DNA from: Gemmatimonadota bacterium
GTDB taxonomy: Bacteria; Actinomycetota; Actinomycetes; Streptosporangiales; Streptosporangiaceae
Direction: 5' to 3'
Length of the DNA stretch: 64,000 bases
NCBI GenBank assembly: GCA_050257395.1
Contig: JBLMWU010000214.1
Span: 3,606 to 67,605 of the forward strand
Part shown: positions 16,724 to 26,253 of the stretch, one piece after another
Numbering within the stretch: position 1 is the stretch's first letter
Layout: every line of letters starts with the position of its first letter
The notes under the pieces: generated by a model
Databases searched by the model: none
Told to the model about the DNA's origin: nothing
The model's input: the letters and a program-made list of their open reading frames with translations, nothing else
Made by a program: the position numbers and the translations under genes

Positions 16724-19462
16724 GTGGGTGACGAGAGTCCCACGTCGGCAGCAGGCTTCGGCAAGGGGTCACGCGTCGCCGGCTACCGCATCGAGGAGGA
16801 GCTCGGCCACGGCGGCATGGCCGTCGTCTACCTCGCCCACGACGCCCGGCTGGACCGGCGGGTCGCGCTCAAGGTCCTGGCCCCCGACCTGGCCCAGGAC
16901 CAGGCGTTCCGGCAGCGCTTCATCCGGGAGTCACGGGCCGCGGCCGCCGTGGACCATCCGCACATCATCCCGATCTTCGAGGCCGGCGAGGCGAACGGGG
17001 TCCTGTTCATCGCGATGCGCCTGGTCCGGGGCGGCGACGTGCAGACGCTCATCGACCGCCACGGCGGCCTGCCCGCCGCGCGGGTCTGCCAGCTCGTGGC
17101 CCAGGTGTCGTCGGCCCTGGACGCCGCGCACGCCCACGGCCTGGTGCACCGGGACGTCAAGCCCGCCAACATGCTGCTGGACTCGGCCGCCGGCGGCGAC
17201 GAGCCCGACCACGTCTACCTGTCCGACTTCGGGCTGAGCAAGCGCGCGCTCAGCAGCACCGAGCTGACCTCGGCGGGCCAGTTCCTGGGCACCCTGAACT
17301 ATGTCGCGCCCGAGCAGATCGAGGGCCGCCCGGTCGACGGGCGCACCGACCTGTATGCGCTGGGCTGCTCCGTGTACTCCATGCTCTGCGGCGCGCCGCC
17401 GTTCAAGCAGGACGACTCGATGGCGATCATGTGGGCGCAGCTCTCGACGGCGCCGCCGCCGCTCACCCCCCGCCGGCCGGATCTGCCGGTGGCGGTGGAC
17501 ACCGTGATGGCCAAGGCGCTGGCCAAGGCGCCGGCAGACCGCTACCAGACGTGCCGGGAGTTCGCCAGCGCCCTGCGGCGGGCCTGTGGCCTCGGCCCGG
17601 CCGAGGCCGCCCGGCAGCCGAAGGCCCCGGAAGTCCGCGCCCCTACCCAGGCCGTCCGGCCCGCTGACCTGGCGGCGGCTGCTTCCGCCGGCCCGGGAGC
17701 CGCCCCGGCGCCCGCTGCCGGCCCCGCCGCCGCAGCTCCCGCCGCCGCGGCCCCCGCCGCCGGCCGGCCAGCCGCCGCGGGCCAGCCCGCCACCGGCCCG
17801 ATGGCCGCCTCGGGCCAGCCCGCCGCCGGTGCGGCTCCCGCCGCCGCCGGCCTGCGCCCGGCCGGCCAGGCGGCGCCGGATTCCGGCGGTCAGCCCGTGA
17901 CCAACCCGGTGCCGGTCACGGGTTCCCGGGGAGCCCCCGCCAGCGCATCCGCCGCCAAGGCGGCCACCGCCCAGCCGGGCAACGCCCAGCCGGGCGCCGC
18001 CGCCCCGGCAGCGAGCGGGCCGGCCCCCACCGCCGCGGCCCCCGCGCTGCCCGGCGGCCCGTCACCCGCCCTGTCCGGGGCGCCGACGTCGCCGTCACGC
18101 CCGCTGCCGCCGCCGGCGGACGCGGGGGCGCTGGCCGCGGCGGCGGCCCCAGCCACCCAGTACGTGCGGGCCTCGTCCGCGGGCCCGGTGCTGGACCGGC
18201 CGCGCGGCCCCGGCGGGACCGTGCTGGAGGGCTACACCCGGGGCGGCGGCCCGCCCCGTTCCCGCCGCCGCTCGCGGGCGCTCCTGCTGGTGGCCGGCAT
18301 CGTGGTGGTGGCGGGCCTGGGCGGCGGCTACTTCCTGCTGCACGGCTCCGGCAAGGGCGGCCCCAAGCAGCACCACGCCGCCGCGCGGGTGCTCGCCGCC
18401 CCGGGCTGCACCACCCAGGTGGCCAAGGCGGCACCGGTCGCGCACACCCCGAGCCAGCTGGTCAGCATCGGCGGCCGGCCCTTCGACGTGGCGACCGCGC
18501 CGGGTGGTTTCGCGTTCGTGTCCATCGGCAGCGGCGTCATGGTGATGCGGACCACCGCCACGCCACCGGCCATCCTGTGGACCAGCCAGCTCACCCACGC
18601 CCAGGGCGAGGCGCTGACGCCCGACCGGCAGTACCTGGTGGTGGCGGACGGCAGCGGGATCGACGTGTTCCGGGTGCCGGACCTGGAACAGGGCCCGGCC
18701 ACCCCGGTCGGCTCGCTGGCCAGCCCCGGGGACAAGCACGCGGTCGAGGTGGCGCTCACCCCGGACGGCCGGTACGCGTTCGTCACGTTCCAGAACACCG
18801 GCCACGTCGGCGTGTTCAACCTCCGGCAGGCACTCAGCTCCGGCTTCGGGCCCGCCGCCCTGGTCGGCACCATCGCGGTGGGCGCCCAGCCGATCGGCGT
18901 CACCACCTCCCCGGACGGCCGGTACGCCTACGTGACCAGCCGGGTGCCCGGGGCCCCGGCCAGCGCCAACGGCGGCGTGGTGAACGTGATCGACGTCGGC
19001 AAGGCCGTGCACCACCCGGCGTCCTCGGTGGTCAAAACGGTGGCGGCAGGCTGCCAGCCGGCCCGGGTCATCGCGTCGCCGGACGGCCAGCACCTATGGG
19101 TGAGCGCGGTCGGCTCGAACTCGCTGCTGGCCTACTCCGCGCCCAAGCTGATCAGCGACCCCCGGCACGCGCTGCTGGCCACGGTGGCGGTGGGGTCCCA
19201 GCCGCTCGGGCTGGCCTTCGTGAACCACGGCGCCCGCATCGTGGTGGCGGACTCCAACCGCGACCAGCCGGCCGGCGGCGCCTCGAACCTGGCCGTGGTG
19301 GACGCCGCCAAGGTGCTGGCCGGCCGGCCCGGCCTGATCGGCTACCTGCCGGCCGGGACGACCCCGCGGCAGTTCTCGCTGGCGCCGAACGGCCGCCGGC
19401 TGCTGGTCACAAACACGGATTCCGGGCAACTCCAGGTAATCAACGTCACTCATCTACCCTGA
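16724..19462 (+). CDS. Hanks-type Ser/Thr protein kinase with Ala/Pro-rich linker, one TM helix and extracellular YVTN-type beta-propeller
   Basis: GTG start. Kinase motifs GHGGMAVVY, ALK, HRDVKPANML, DFGLSK and YVAPEQ are present. TM helix ALLLVAGIVVVAGLGGGYFLL. The C-terminal repeats TSPDGRYAYVT / ASPDGQHLWVS / LAPNGRRLLVT are typical of 7-bladed propellers. Confidence 0.85.
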   Translation: MGDESPTSAAGFGKGSRVAGYRIEEELGHGGMAVVYLAHDARLDRRVALKVLAPDLAQDQAFRQRFIRESRAAAAVDHPHIIPIFEAGEANGVLFIAMRLVRGGDVQTLIDRHGGLPAARVCQLVAQVSSALDAAHAHGLVHRDVKPANMLLDSAAGGDEPDHVYLSDFGLSKRALSSTELTSAGQFLGTLNYVAPEQIEGRPVDGRTDLYALGCSVYSMLCGAPPFKQDDSMAIMWAQLSTAPPPLTPRRPDLPVAVDTVMAKALAKAPADRYQTCREFASALRRACGLGPAEAARQPKAPEVRAPTQAVRPADLAAAASAGPGAAPAPAAGPAAAAPAAAAPAAGRPAAAGQPATGPMAASGQPAAGAAPAAAGLRPAGQAAPDSGGQPVTNPVPVTGSRGAPASASAAKAATAQPGNAQPGAAAPAASGPAPTAAAPALPGGPSPALSGAPTSPSRPLPPPADAGALAAAAAPATQYVRASSAGPVLDRPRGPGGTVLEGYTRGGGPPRSRRRSRALLLVAGIVVVAGLGGGYFLLHGSGKGGPKQHHAAARVLAAPGCTTQVAKAAPVAHTPSQLVSIGGRPFDVATAPGGFAFVSIGSGVMVMRTTATPPAILWTSQLTHAQGEALTPDRQYLVVADGSGIDVFRVPDLEQGPATPVGSLASPGDKHAVEVALTPDGRYAFVTFQNTGHVGVFNLRQALSSGFGPAALVGTIAVGAQPIGVTTSPDGRYAYVTSRVPGAPASANGGVVNVIDVGKAVHHPASSVVKTVAAGCQPARVIASPDGQHLWVSAVGSNSLLAYSAPKLISDPRHALLATVAVGSQPLGLAFVNHGARIVVADSNRDQPAGGASNLAVVDAAKVLAGRPGLIGYLPAGTTPRQFSLAPNGRRLLVTNTDSGQLQVINVTHLP

Positions 19463-19555
19463 GCGTGTCCCAGGCCGAGCACGAGGAGTCCCTTTGCTCT
19501 CAGCGATGATCACGCAGGCGCCGCGCGCCGGGACCCGCATGCAGGCGGCAGTGCG

Positions 19556-20293
19556 GTGAGCGGCGACCGGACGCGCCCGATGCCGGCGCCGGGCCAGTAC
19601 CCGGTGTATCAGCCGGCCGCGGTGAGACGGCGCAGCCGCTGGCCCTTCGTCGTCCTCGGCGTCGTCGTGCTGCTGCTCCTGCTGCTGGTCGGGGCGGACC
19701 GGGCGGCGGCCGCGTACGCGGGCAGCCAGGCCGCCCAGCAGATGAAGACGCAGGGGTTCCCGGGGAACCCGGACGTGACGATGGAGGGTTTCCCGTTCCT
19801 CACCCAGGTGGCGGCCCGGAACCTGCAGGACGTGCACGTCACCGCGAACAACGTGCAGGAGGGGCCGGTCAGCCTGAGCCTGAGCGGCGATGCGTACGGG
19901 GTGCGGCTCAATCCCGGCTACCAGAGCGGCACGATCACCCGGGTCAGGGGCACCGTCCTGATCGGCTTCGGCAGCGTGGCCGGCATCGCGCGCAACGCGG
20001 GCGCGTCGGGCGTGACGGCGTCGGCCGACGGCCCGAACCGGATCAAGTTCAAGGTGGACATGGCGGTCTTCAGCACCACCGTGATCGCGTCGGTCACCAA
20101 GACCGGCCCGAGCACCGTCCAGTTCCACGTCATCTCGGCGGGCGGGCTGCCCGCGTCGCTGCTGGGCTCGTTCGGCAACATGACCTTCACCATCCCGAAG
20201 CTGCCCTACGGCCTGACGGTGCAGAGCCTGAGCGTCACCAGCCAGGGCATCGTCGGCCACCTGACCGCCCGCAACATCCCGTTCAGCCAGTAA
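19556..20293 (+). CDS. DUF2993 (LmeA-like) membrane-anchored protein
   Basis: N-terminal TM FVVLGVVVLLLLLLVG followed by a VTMEGFPFLTQVAARNLQDVHVTA-type segment characteristic of DUF2993/LmeA. Confidence 0.6.
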   Translation: MSGDRTRPMPAPGQYPVYQPAAVRRRSRWPFVVLGVVVLLLLLLVGADRAAAAYAGSQAAQQMKTQGFPGNPDVTMEGFPFLTQVAARNLQDVHVTANNVQEGPVSLSLSGDAYGVRLNPGYQSGTITRVRGTVLIGFGSVAGIARNAGASGVTASADGPNRIKFKVDMAVFSTTVIASVTKTGPSTVQFHVISAGGLPASLLGSFGNMTFTIPKLPYGLTVQSLSVTSQGIVGHLTARNIPFSQ

Positions 20294-20318
20294 CAGCGGC
20301 CAGCGAGGTGACCCCCGG

Positions 20319-21458
20319 GTGAGCCTGCAGGCCCCGCTGTGGCGGGCGATCGCGGTGTTCCGGTTCGCCTCGCTGGCCTATGCGGCGGTGCTGCTGGCCG
20401 GGAGCCGGGCGGATTACACGCATCCGGCCTGGGCGTGGGGCGTGCTGGCGGGGATGGCCGGCTGGACGGTGCTCACCACCGTCGCCTACGCCCGGCCCGC
20501 CCGGCGCGGCCGCCTGCTGCTGGCCGCGGACCTGGCGGTGACCGCGGCGGCGCTGCTGTCCACCGCGGCGCTGCAGGACCCGCGCAGCATCTCGGCGGGG
20601 GTCATGCCGGTGACCGCCACCTGGATGGCGGGACCGGTGCTGGCCTGGGCGGTCGCCTGGGGCATGGGGCCGGGCGCGGCGGCCGCGATCGTCCTGGCCG
20701 GCTGCGACCTGGCGCTGCGCCACCGGCTGCTGACCGGCCCGCTGTGGAACCGGGCCGTGAACGGATCGGTCCTGCTGCTGCTGGCCGGGGTGGTGGTGGG
20801 CTACATGTCGGCGCTGGCCGGCCGGGCCGAGCGGGCGCTGCAGCGGGCGACCGAGATTGAGGCCGCCAGCCGGGAACGCGAGCGGCTGGCCCGCGGCATC
20901 CACGACTCGGTGCTGCAGGTGCTGGCGCTGGTGCAGCGCCGCGGCGCCGAGGTCGGCGGGGAGGCGGCCGAGATCGGCCGCCTGGCCGGGGAGCAGGAGG
21001 CGGCGCTGCGGGCGCTGATCGCCGGGGAGGACGGCCCGCTGCCCCCGGCCGGCGAGCAGGACCTGCGGGCCCTGCTGTCCCAGCAGGCCACCGCCGACGT
21101 GTCGGTGGTGACCCCCGCGGAGCCGGTGCTGCTCACCGACGCCGCGGCCCGGGAGACGGCGGCCGCCGTGCGGGCGGCCCTGGACAACGTCCGCCGGCAC
21201 GCCGGCCAGGCGGCCCGCGCCTGGGTGCTCGTGGACGACGAGGGCGCCGAGGTGAGCGTGACCATCCGGGACAACGGCCAGGGCATGCCACCGGGCCGGC
21301 TCGCCGAGGCGGCGGCCGAGGGCAGGCTCGGCGTCAGCCAGTCGATCTGCGGCCGGCTGCGCGACCTCGGCGGGTCGGCCGACATCCACTCCGGTCCCGG
21401 CGAAGGCACCGAGGTCCGCCTGCGAGTCCCCCGCGACCGTTCTAGGCTGCCCGCATGA
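20319..21458 (+). CDS. Sensor histidine kinase (HisKA_3 type, membrane-embedded sensor)
   Basis: Four to five TM helices with no large extracytoplasmic loop. H-box ERERLARGIHDSVLQ. ATPase region with DNGQGMPPGR. Confidence 0.8.
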   Translation: MSLQAPLWRAIAVFRFASLAYAAVLLAGSRADYTHPAWAWGVLAGMAGWTVLTTVAYARPARRGRLLLAADLAVTAAALLSTAALQDPRSISAGVMPVTATWMAGPVLAWAVAWGMGPGAAAAIVLAGCDLALRHRLLTGPLWNRAVNGSVLLLLAGVVVGYMSALAGRAERALQRATEIEAASRERERLARGIHDSVLQVLALVQRRGAEVGGEAAEIGRLAGEQEAALRALIAGEDGPLPPAGEQDLRALLSQQATADVSVVTPAEPVLLTDAAARETAAAVRAALDNVRRHAGQAARAWVLVDDEGAEVSVTIRDNGQGMPPGRLAEAAAEGRLGVSQSICGRLRDLGGSADIHSGPGEGTEVRLRVPRDRSRLPA

Positions 21459-22162
21459 CAGGCCGGCCGAGCGAAACGGGCGCGGAGCGCCCAGGCGAGG
21501 GCCAGAAAACAAGAGTGATGGTGGTGGACGACCATCCGATGTGGCGCGACGCCGTGGCCCGCGACCTGTCCGAGGCGGGGTTCGAGGTGGCGGCTGCGGT
21601 GGGTGACGGCGCCCAGGCGCTGCGGGTGGCCGGCGCGGCCCGGCCGGACGTGGTGGTGCTCGACCTCCAGCTGCCGGACATGTCCGGGGTGGAGGTGACC
21701 CGCGGCCTGCTCGCCGCCCGGCCGGCCCCCCGGGTGCTGATCCTGTCGGCCAGCGCGGAGCACCCGGACGTGCTCGCCGCGGTCAAGGCGGGCGCGTCCG
21801 GTTACCTGATCAAGTCCGCGAGCCGCCCGGAGTTCCTGGCGGCCGTGCAGCGGACGGCCGGCGGGGATGCGGTCTTCTCCCCCGGCCTGGCCGGGCTGGT
21901 GCTCGGCGAGTTCCGGCGGCTCGCCAGCACGGCGGCGCCGGACACGCCCCGGCTGACCGACCGGGAAGCCGAGATCCTGCGCATGGTCGGGACCGGGCTG
22001 TCCTACAAGCAGATCGCCGAGCGGCTGGTGCTCTCCCACCGCACCGTGCAGAACCACGTCCAGAACACGCTGAGCAAGCTGCACCTGCACAACCGGGTGG
22101 AACTGGTCCGCTACGCGATCGAGCACGGGCTTGATGCCGGGCCCGGCGGGGGCGTGCCCTGA
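21455..22162 (+). CDS. NarL/LuxR-family response regulator
   Basis: Receiver domain VMVVDDHPMWRD...DLQLPDMSG. LuxR HTH LTDREAEILRMVGTGLSYKQIAERLVLSHRTVQNHV. ATGA overlap with the kinase stop. Confidence 0.85.
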   Translation: MTGRPSETGAERPGEGQKTRVMVVDDHPMWRDAVARDLSEAGFEVAAAVGDGAQALRVAGAARPDVVVLDLQLPDMSGVEVTRGLLAARPAPRVLILSASAEHPDVLAAVKAGASGYLIKSASRPEFLAAVQRTAGGDAVFSPGLAGLVLGEFRRLASTAAPDTPRLTDREAEILRMVGTGLSYKQIAERLVLSHRTVQNHVQNTLSKLHLHNRVELVRYAIEHGLDAGPGGGVP

Positions 22163-22227
22163 TGCGTCACGAGGGGGGAGATGACGCTGCCGCCCCGCCG
22201 GGCCCGGCTGCCCGGTGACCGCGCCGG

Positions 22228-22935
22228 TCAGGCGCGGGACAGCAGCGGCAGCACGCGGCGCTGGAACGTGGTGTTGATCACCAGCGCGGAGGCGCCGTAG
22301 AACGCCAGCGCGGCGCTGAGGATCAGGAAGTAGCCGCCGATGTTGCCGATGACCGCCGGGCCGCCCACGTTCGGGACCGCTGCCAGCCCGAACCCGGGAA
22401 CCAGCGCGAGCAGGATGGCGACGAACTCCAGGTTGACCGGCAGCGCCGCGACCGCCAGCACCAGCGAGATGTAGGCGAAGCAGAACAGCTCGATGCCGAG
22501 CAGCAGCTTGGTGCTGGCGACGGCCGGGAACAGCCCGCTGGCCTGGAACAGGTACCAGGTGGCGATCAGGGTGTTGTTCGCGCCGTAAGCGCAGAACGCG
22601 GTGCCCGCGAACGTGTTGCCCTTGCGCAGCGCCACCAGGCCGCCGATGAACTGGGCGATCCCGGCGAACACCAGCACCGGGGCCAGCGCCGCCAGCACGC
22701 CGGTCTGCAGCGGGATGAACCCGGCCAGCGGGATGGCGATCAGCAGGGTGCCGACCGCGAAGCCGAACAGGCTGAACCCGCCCGGCTCGCCCACCGACGC
22801 CTCTGACCGCTCCTGGAGCTCAAAGACCTGGTCCGCGGGCATTCCGCTGACCACCGGTCCCGCCTTGGTCCACCGTTCCAGCGGCCGCGAGCGGCCGTCG
22901 GCGGGGCGGGGATTGACCTGCGGCTGAGTGCTCAT
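22228..22935 (-). CDS. GPR1/FUN34/YaaH (SatP-type) acetate/succinate transporter
   Basis: Six TM segments; FAGTAFCAYGANNTLIATWYL is a family hallmark. The start is set at the ATG with RBS AAAGGAG (complement 22933-22935). Confidence 0.7.
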   Translation of the reverse strand: MSTQPQVNPRPADGRSRPLERWTKAGPVVSGMPADQVFELQERSEASVGEPGGFSLFGFAVGTLLIAIPLAGFIPLQTGVLAALAPVLVFAGIAQFIGGLVALRKGNTFAGTAFCAYGANNTLIATWYLFQASGLFPAVASTKLLLGIELFCFAYISLVLAVAALPVNLEFVAILLALVPGFGLAAVPNVGGPAVIGNIGGYFLILSAALAFYGASALVINTTFQRRVLPLLSRA

Positions 22936-23220
22936 TCTTCGCTCCTTTCCGATGGCGAACGAGCTGGCGCGGCGCCGCCCTGTCACCGCACCCGCTGCTG
23001 GCCCCGGAACCAGAAAACTATCGCGCCACGATATTTCTGCCCTGTACCGGGAATGGCGCGGCCCAAACACCCGCAGGTCAGCCCCGTCCATGGGCCGCCC
23101 GGCCGGGCGGGCCGCCCGCCCCGGCTGCCGCGGGGGCCATGTTTGGGCCCGCTTTCGCGGGTAGGTCGGATCACGATGTATCCGCGGCCGGGGCACCGAC
23201 CCAGCTCAGGAGGTGGATGG

Positions 23221-26200
23221 ATGGCCACGGCAGCACTCCGGGCACAGCGACCCGGCCGGCCCGCGAACCGCGGGCGGCTCGCCAGGGACCTGACGGCGGC
23301 GGTGGACGGCGAGGTCAGGTTCGACCCCGGCGCCCAGGCGCTGTACGCCAACGACGCCTCCATCTACCGGCAGCTGCCGGTCGGGGTGGTCATCCCCCGG
23401 CACGCCGATGACGTGGTGTCGGCCCTGGCGGTGTGCCGCGAGCACGACGTCCCGGTGCTCGCCCGCGGCTGCGGCACCGGGCTGGCCGGCCAGAGCGTGA
23501 ACCAGGCGGTCGTCTTCGACTTCTCCAAGTACCTGAACCAGATCACCAGCCTGGACCCGGCCGGGCGGACCGCCCGCGTCCAGCCGGGGGTGATCTGCGA
23601 CGACCTGCGCGGCGCGGCCGCGGAGCACGGGCTGACCTTCCCGGTGGACCCGGCCACCCACGACCGCTGCACCCTCGGCGGGATGATCGGCAACAACTCC
23701 TGCGGCACCCACTCGGTCATGGGCGGCAAGACCGTGGACAACGTGCTGGAGCTGGACGTGGTCACCTACGACGGGGTCCGGATGACCGTCGGCCCCACCA
23801 GCGACGCCGAGTTCGCCCGGATCGTCAGCGCCGGCGGCCGCCGCGCGGAGATCTACCGCGAGCTGCGCGACCTCGCCGCGCGGTACGAGCCGCTGATCCG
23901 GCAGCGCTACCCGGAGATCCCGCGCCGGGTGTCCGGGTACAACCTTCCCGACCTGCTGCCGGGCAAGGACTTCAACCTGGCCCGGGCGCTGGTGGGCAGC
24001 GAGTCCACCTGCGTGCTGGTGCTGGCGGCGAAGGTCCGGCTGCTGCCCGACCCGCCGCACCACGCGCTGCTGGTGATCGGGTATCCCGACGCGGCAGCCG
24101 CCGCCGATCACGTACCCGGCCTGCTGCGCACCGAGGGCCTCATCGGCCTGGAGTGCTTCGACGCCGGGGTGCTCGGCAACCTGGCCAAGCACGGCGAGCA
24201 CATCCCGGGCATGGACGAGCTGCCCGACGGCGGTGCCTGGCTGCTCGCCGAGTACGGCGCCCAGACCCAGGACCACGCCAACGACCTGGTGGAAGCGGCC
24301 CGGGACGGGGTGGGCGAGGGCAGCCCGCGGGTGTTCGAGGACGCCCGCGGCCAGGCGGAGGTCTGGGAGGTGCGCCGGAGCACCATCGAATACACCCGGA
24401 TCCCCGGCGAGCACGCCGGGCTGGCCGGCTGGGAGGACGCCGCGGTGGCGCCCGAGCGGCTCGGCGATTACATCCGCGACTACTGCGCGCTGGTCGCCCG
24501 GCACGGCTACCACACAGTGCTGTTCGGCCACTTCGGCCAGGGCTGCATGCACAACCGGCTCGACCCCGACCTGGAGACCGCGGCCGGCATCGAGGACTTC
24601 GGCCGCTTCCTGGACGAGGCCGGCGATCTGGTGGTCCGGTACGGCGGGTCGCTGTCCGGGGAGCACGGCGACGGGCAGCTGCGGGCCAATCAGCTCACCA
24701 AGATGTACGGCACGGACCTGGTCCGCGGCTTCGCCGAGTTCAAGCGGATCTTCGACCCGGCCGGCCGGATGAACCCCGGCAAGATCGTCGCGCCGTACCA
24801 CCCCACCCAGAACCTGCAGTGGGGCGCCGACTACCGGCCCCGGCAGGTGGAGACCTTCTTCGCCTACCCCGATGACGAGCACGGGTTCGCGGATGCGGCG
24901 AACCGCTGCTTCGGCATCGGCAAGTGCCGGCACACCAGCGGCGGCACCATGTGCCCGAGCTTCATGGTGACCCGCGAGGAGAAACACTCCACCCGGGGCC
25001 GGGCCCGGCTGCTGTTCGAGATGATGAGCGGCAGCCTGCGCGAGGGCGGCTGGCGGGACCCGCACGTCAAGGACGCCCTCGACCTGTGCCTGTCCTGCAA
25101 GGGCTGCAAGGGCGACTGCCCGGTGTCGGTGGACATGGCCACCTACAAGGCGGAGTTCCTCGCGCACTACTACCAGGGCAGGCTCCGGCCCCGGCAGGCG
25201 TACGCGCTCGGGCTGATCCCGGTGTGGTCACGGCTCGCCAGCCACGCCCCCGGCCTGGCGAACGCAGCCCTGGCGGCCCCGGTCACCGGGCGGCTCGCGA
25301 AGCTCGCCGCGGGCATCGAGCCGGTCCGGGAAGCGCCCGCGTTCGCCGCGCAGACGTTCCGCTCGTGGTTCGCCCGGCATGAGGGCCCGGCCGGCGGGCC
25401 GCCGGTGCTGCTGTGGCCGGACACGTTCACCAACTACTTCACCCCGGAGACCGGAATCGCAGCCGTGCGGGTCCTGGAGGACGCAGGCTATTCGGTCCGG
25501 ATCCCGGAGCAGCCGCTGTGCTGTGGCCGGCCCCTGTACGACTACGGGATGCTGCCGACGGCCCGCCGCTGGCTGCGGCGGACCGTGGCCGGCCTGCGCG
25601 AGCCGGTGGCGGCCGGGCTGCCGGTGATCGGCCTGGAGCCCAGCTGCCTGGCGGTCTTCCGGGACGAGCTGCCGAACATGCTGCCCGGGGACGCGGACGC
25701 CCGGCGGCTGGCCGGGCAGAGCGTCACCCTCGGCGAGTTCCTCAGCCGCGAAGGCTACGAGCCGCCGCGGCTGGAGCGCCGCGCGCTCGTGCAGGTCCAC
25801 TGCCACCAGGGCGCCGTGCTGACGCACGACTCCGAGCAGGCACTGCTGGAGCGGATGGGGCTGGAGGTCACCGTCCCGGACAGCGGCTGCTGCGGGATGG
25901 CCGGCAGCTTCGGCTACGAGCAGGGCCAGCGGTACGAGGTGTCCCGGGCCTGCGGCGAGCGGGCGATCCTGCCAGCGGTCCGCCAGGCCGCCGGCGACAC
26001 ACTGATCATCGCCGACGGGTTCAGCTGCCGGGAGCAGATAGCCCAGGCCACCAGCCGCCGCCCGGTCCATCTCGCGCAGGTGCTCCAGCTGGCCCGCGAC
26101 ACCGGCCCGGCACCGCCCGTTCCCTATCCCGAAAACCTCGCCTGGCACCCACGGCCCCGTTCCTACGGCCAGCTCGCGGCGCTGACCCTGGCAGCCGCCG

Positions 26201-26253
26201 GCGGGGCGGCAGCGCTGGCACTACGCCGATTCTCAGGAGGTTCCCATGGCTGA
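23221..26253 (+). CDS. YdiJ-like FAD-linked oxidase fused to a Fe-S (CCG) oxidoreductase domain (D-2-hydroxyacid / glycolate-oxidase type)
   Basis: About 1010 aa. N-terminal FAD-binding PCMH domain (LARGCGTGLAGQSV). 4Fe-4S Cys clusters (CLSCKGCKGDCPV). C-terminal CCG domain (EPSCLAV...DSGCCGMAGSFG). Start chosen at the ATG with RBS AGGAGG. Confidence 0.75.
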   Translation: MATAALRAQRPGRPANRGRLARDLTAAVDGEVRFDPGAQALYANDASIYRQLPVGVVIPRHADDVVSALAVCREHDVPVLARGCGTGLAGQSVNQAVVFDFSKYLNQITSLDPAGRTARVQPGVICDDLRGAAAEHGLTFPVDPATHDRCTLGGMIGNNSCGTHSVMGGKTVDNVLELDVVTYDGVRMTVGPTSDAEFARIVSAGGRRAEIYRELRDLAARYEPLIRQRYPEIPRRVSGYNLPDLLPGKDFNLARALVGSESTCVLVLAAKVRLLPDPPHHALLVIGYPDAAAAADHVPGLLRTEGLIGLECFDAGVLGNLAKHGEHIPGMDELPDGGAWLLAEYGAQTQDHANDLVEAARDGVGEGSPRVFEDARGQAEVWEVRRSTIEYTRIPGEHAGLAGWEDAAVAPERLGDYIRDYCALVARHGYHTVLFGHFGQGCMHNRLDPDLETAAGIEDFGRFLDEAGDLVVRYGGSLSGEHGDGQLRANQLTKMYGTDLVRGFAEFKRIFDPAGRMNPGKIVAPYHPTQNLQWGADYRPRQVETFFAYPDDEHGFADAANRCFGIGKCRHTSGGTMCPSFMVTREEKHSTRGRARLLFEMMSGSLREGGWRDPHVKDALDLCLSCKGCKGDCPVSVDMATYKAEFLAHYYQGRLRPRQAYALGLIPVWSRLASHAPGLANAALAAPVTGRLAKLAAGIEPVREAPAFAAQTFRSWFARHEGPAGGPPVLLWPDTFTNYFTPETGIAAVRVLEDAGYSVRIPEQPLCCGRPLYDYGMLPTARRWLRRTVAGLREPVAAGLPVIGLEPSCLAVFRDELPNMLPGDADARRLAGQSVTLGEFLSREGYEPPRLERRALVQVHCHQGAVLTHDSEQALLERMGLEVTVPDSGCCGMAGSFGYEQGQRYEVSRACGERAILPAVRQAAGDTLIIADGFSCREQIAQATSRRPVHLAQVLQLARDTGPAPPVPYPENLAWHPRPRSYGQLAALTLAAAGGAAALALRRFSGGSHG

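Noticed and set aside
17560-18160. Ala/Pro-rich repetitive DNA
   Set aside because: It is an intragenic low-complexity linker of the Ser/Thr kinase between the kinase domain and the TM helix, not an independent repeat element.
23053-23220. N-terminal extension of the YdiJ-like ORF
   Set aside because: It is Pro/Arg-rich with no RBS. The ATG at 23221 has a canonical AGGAGG RBS.
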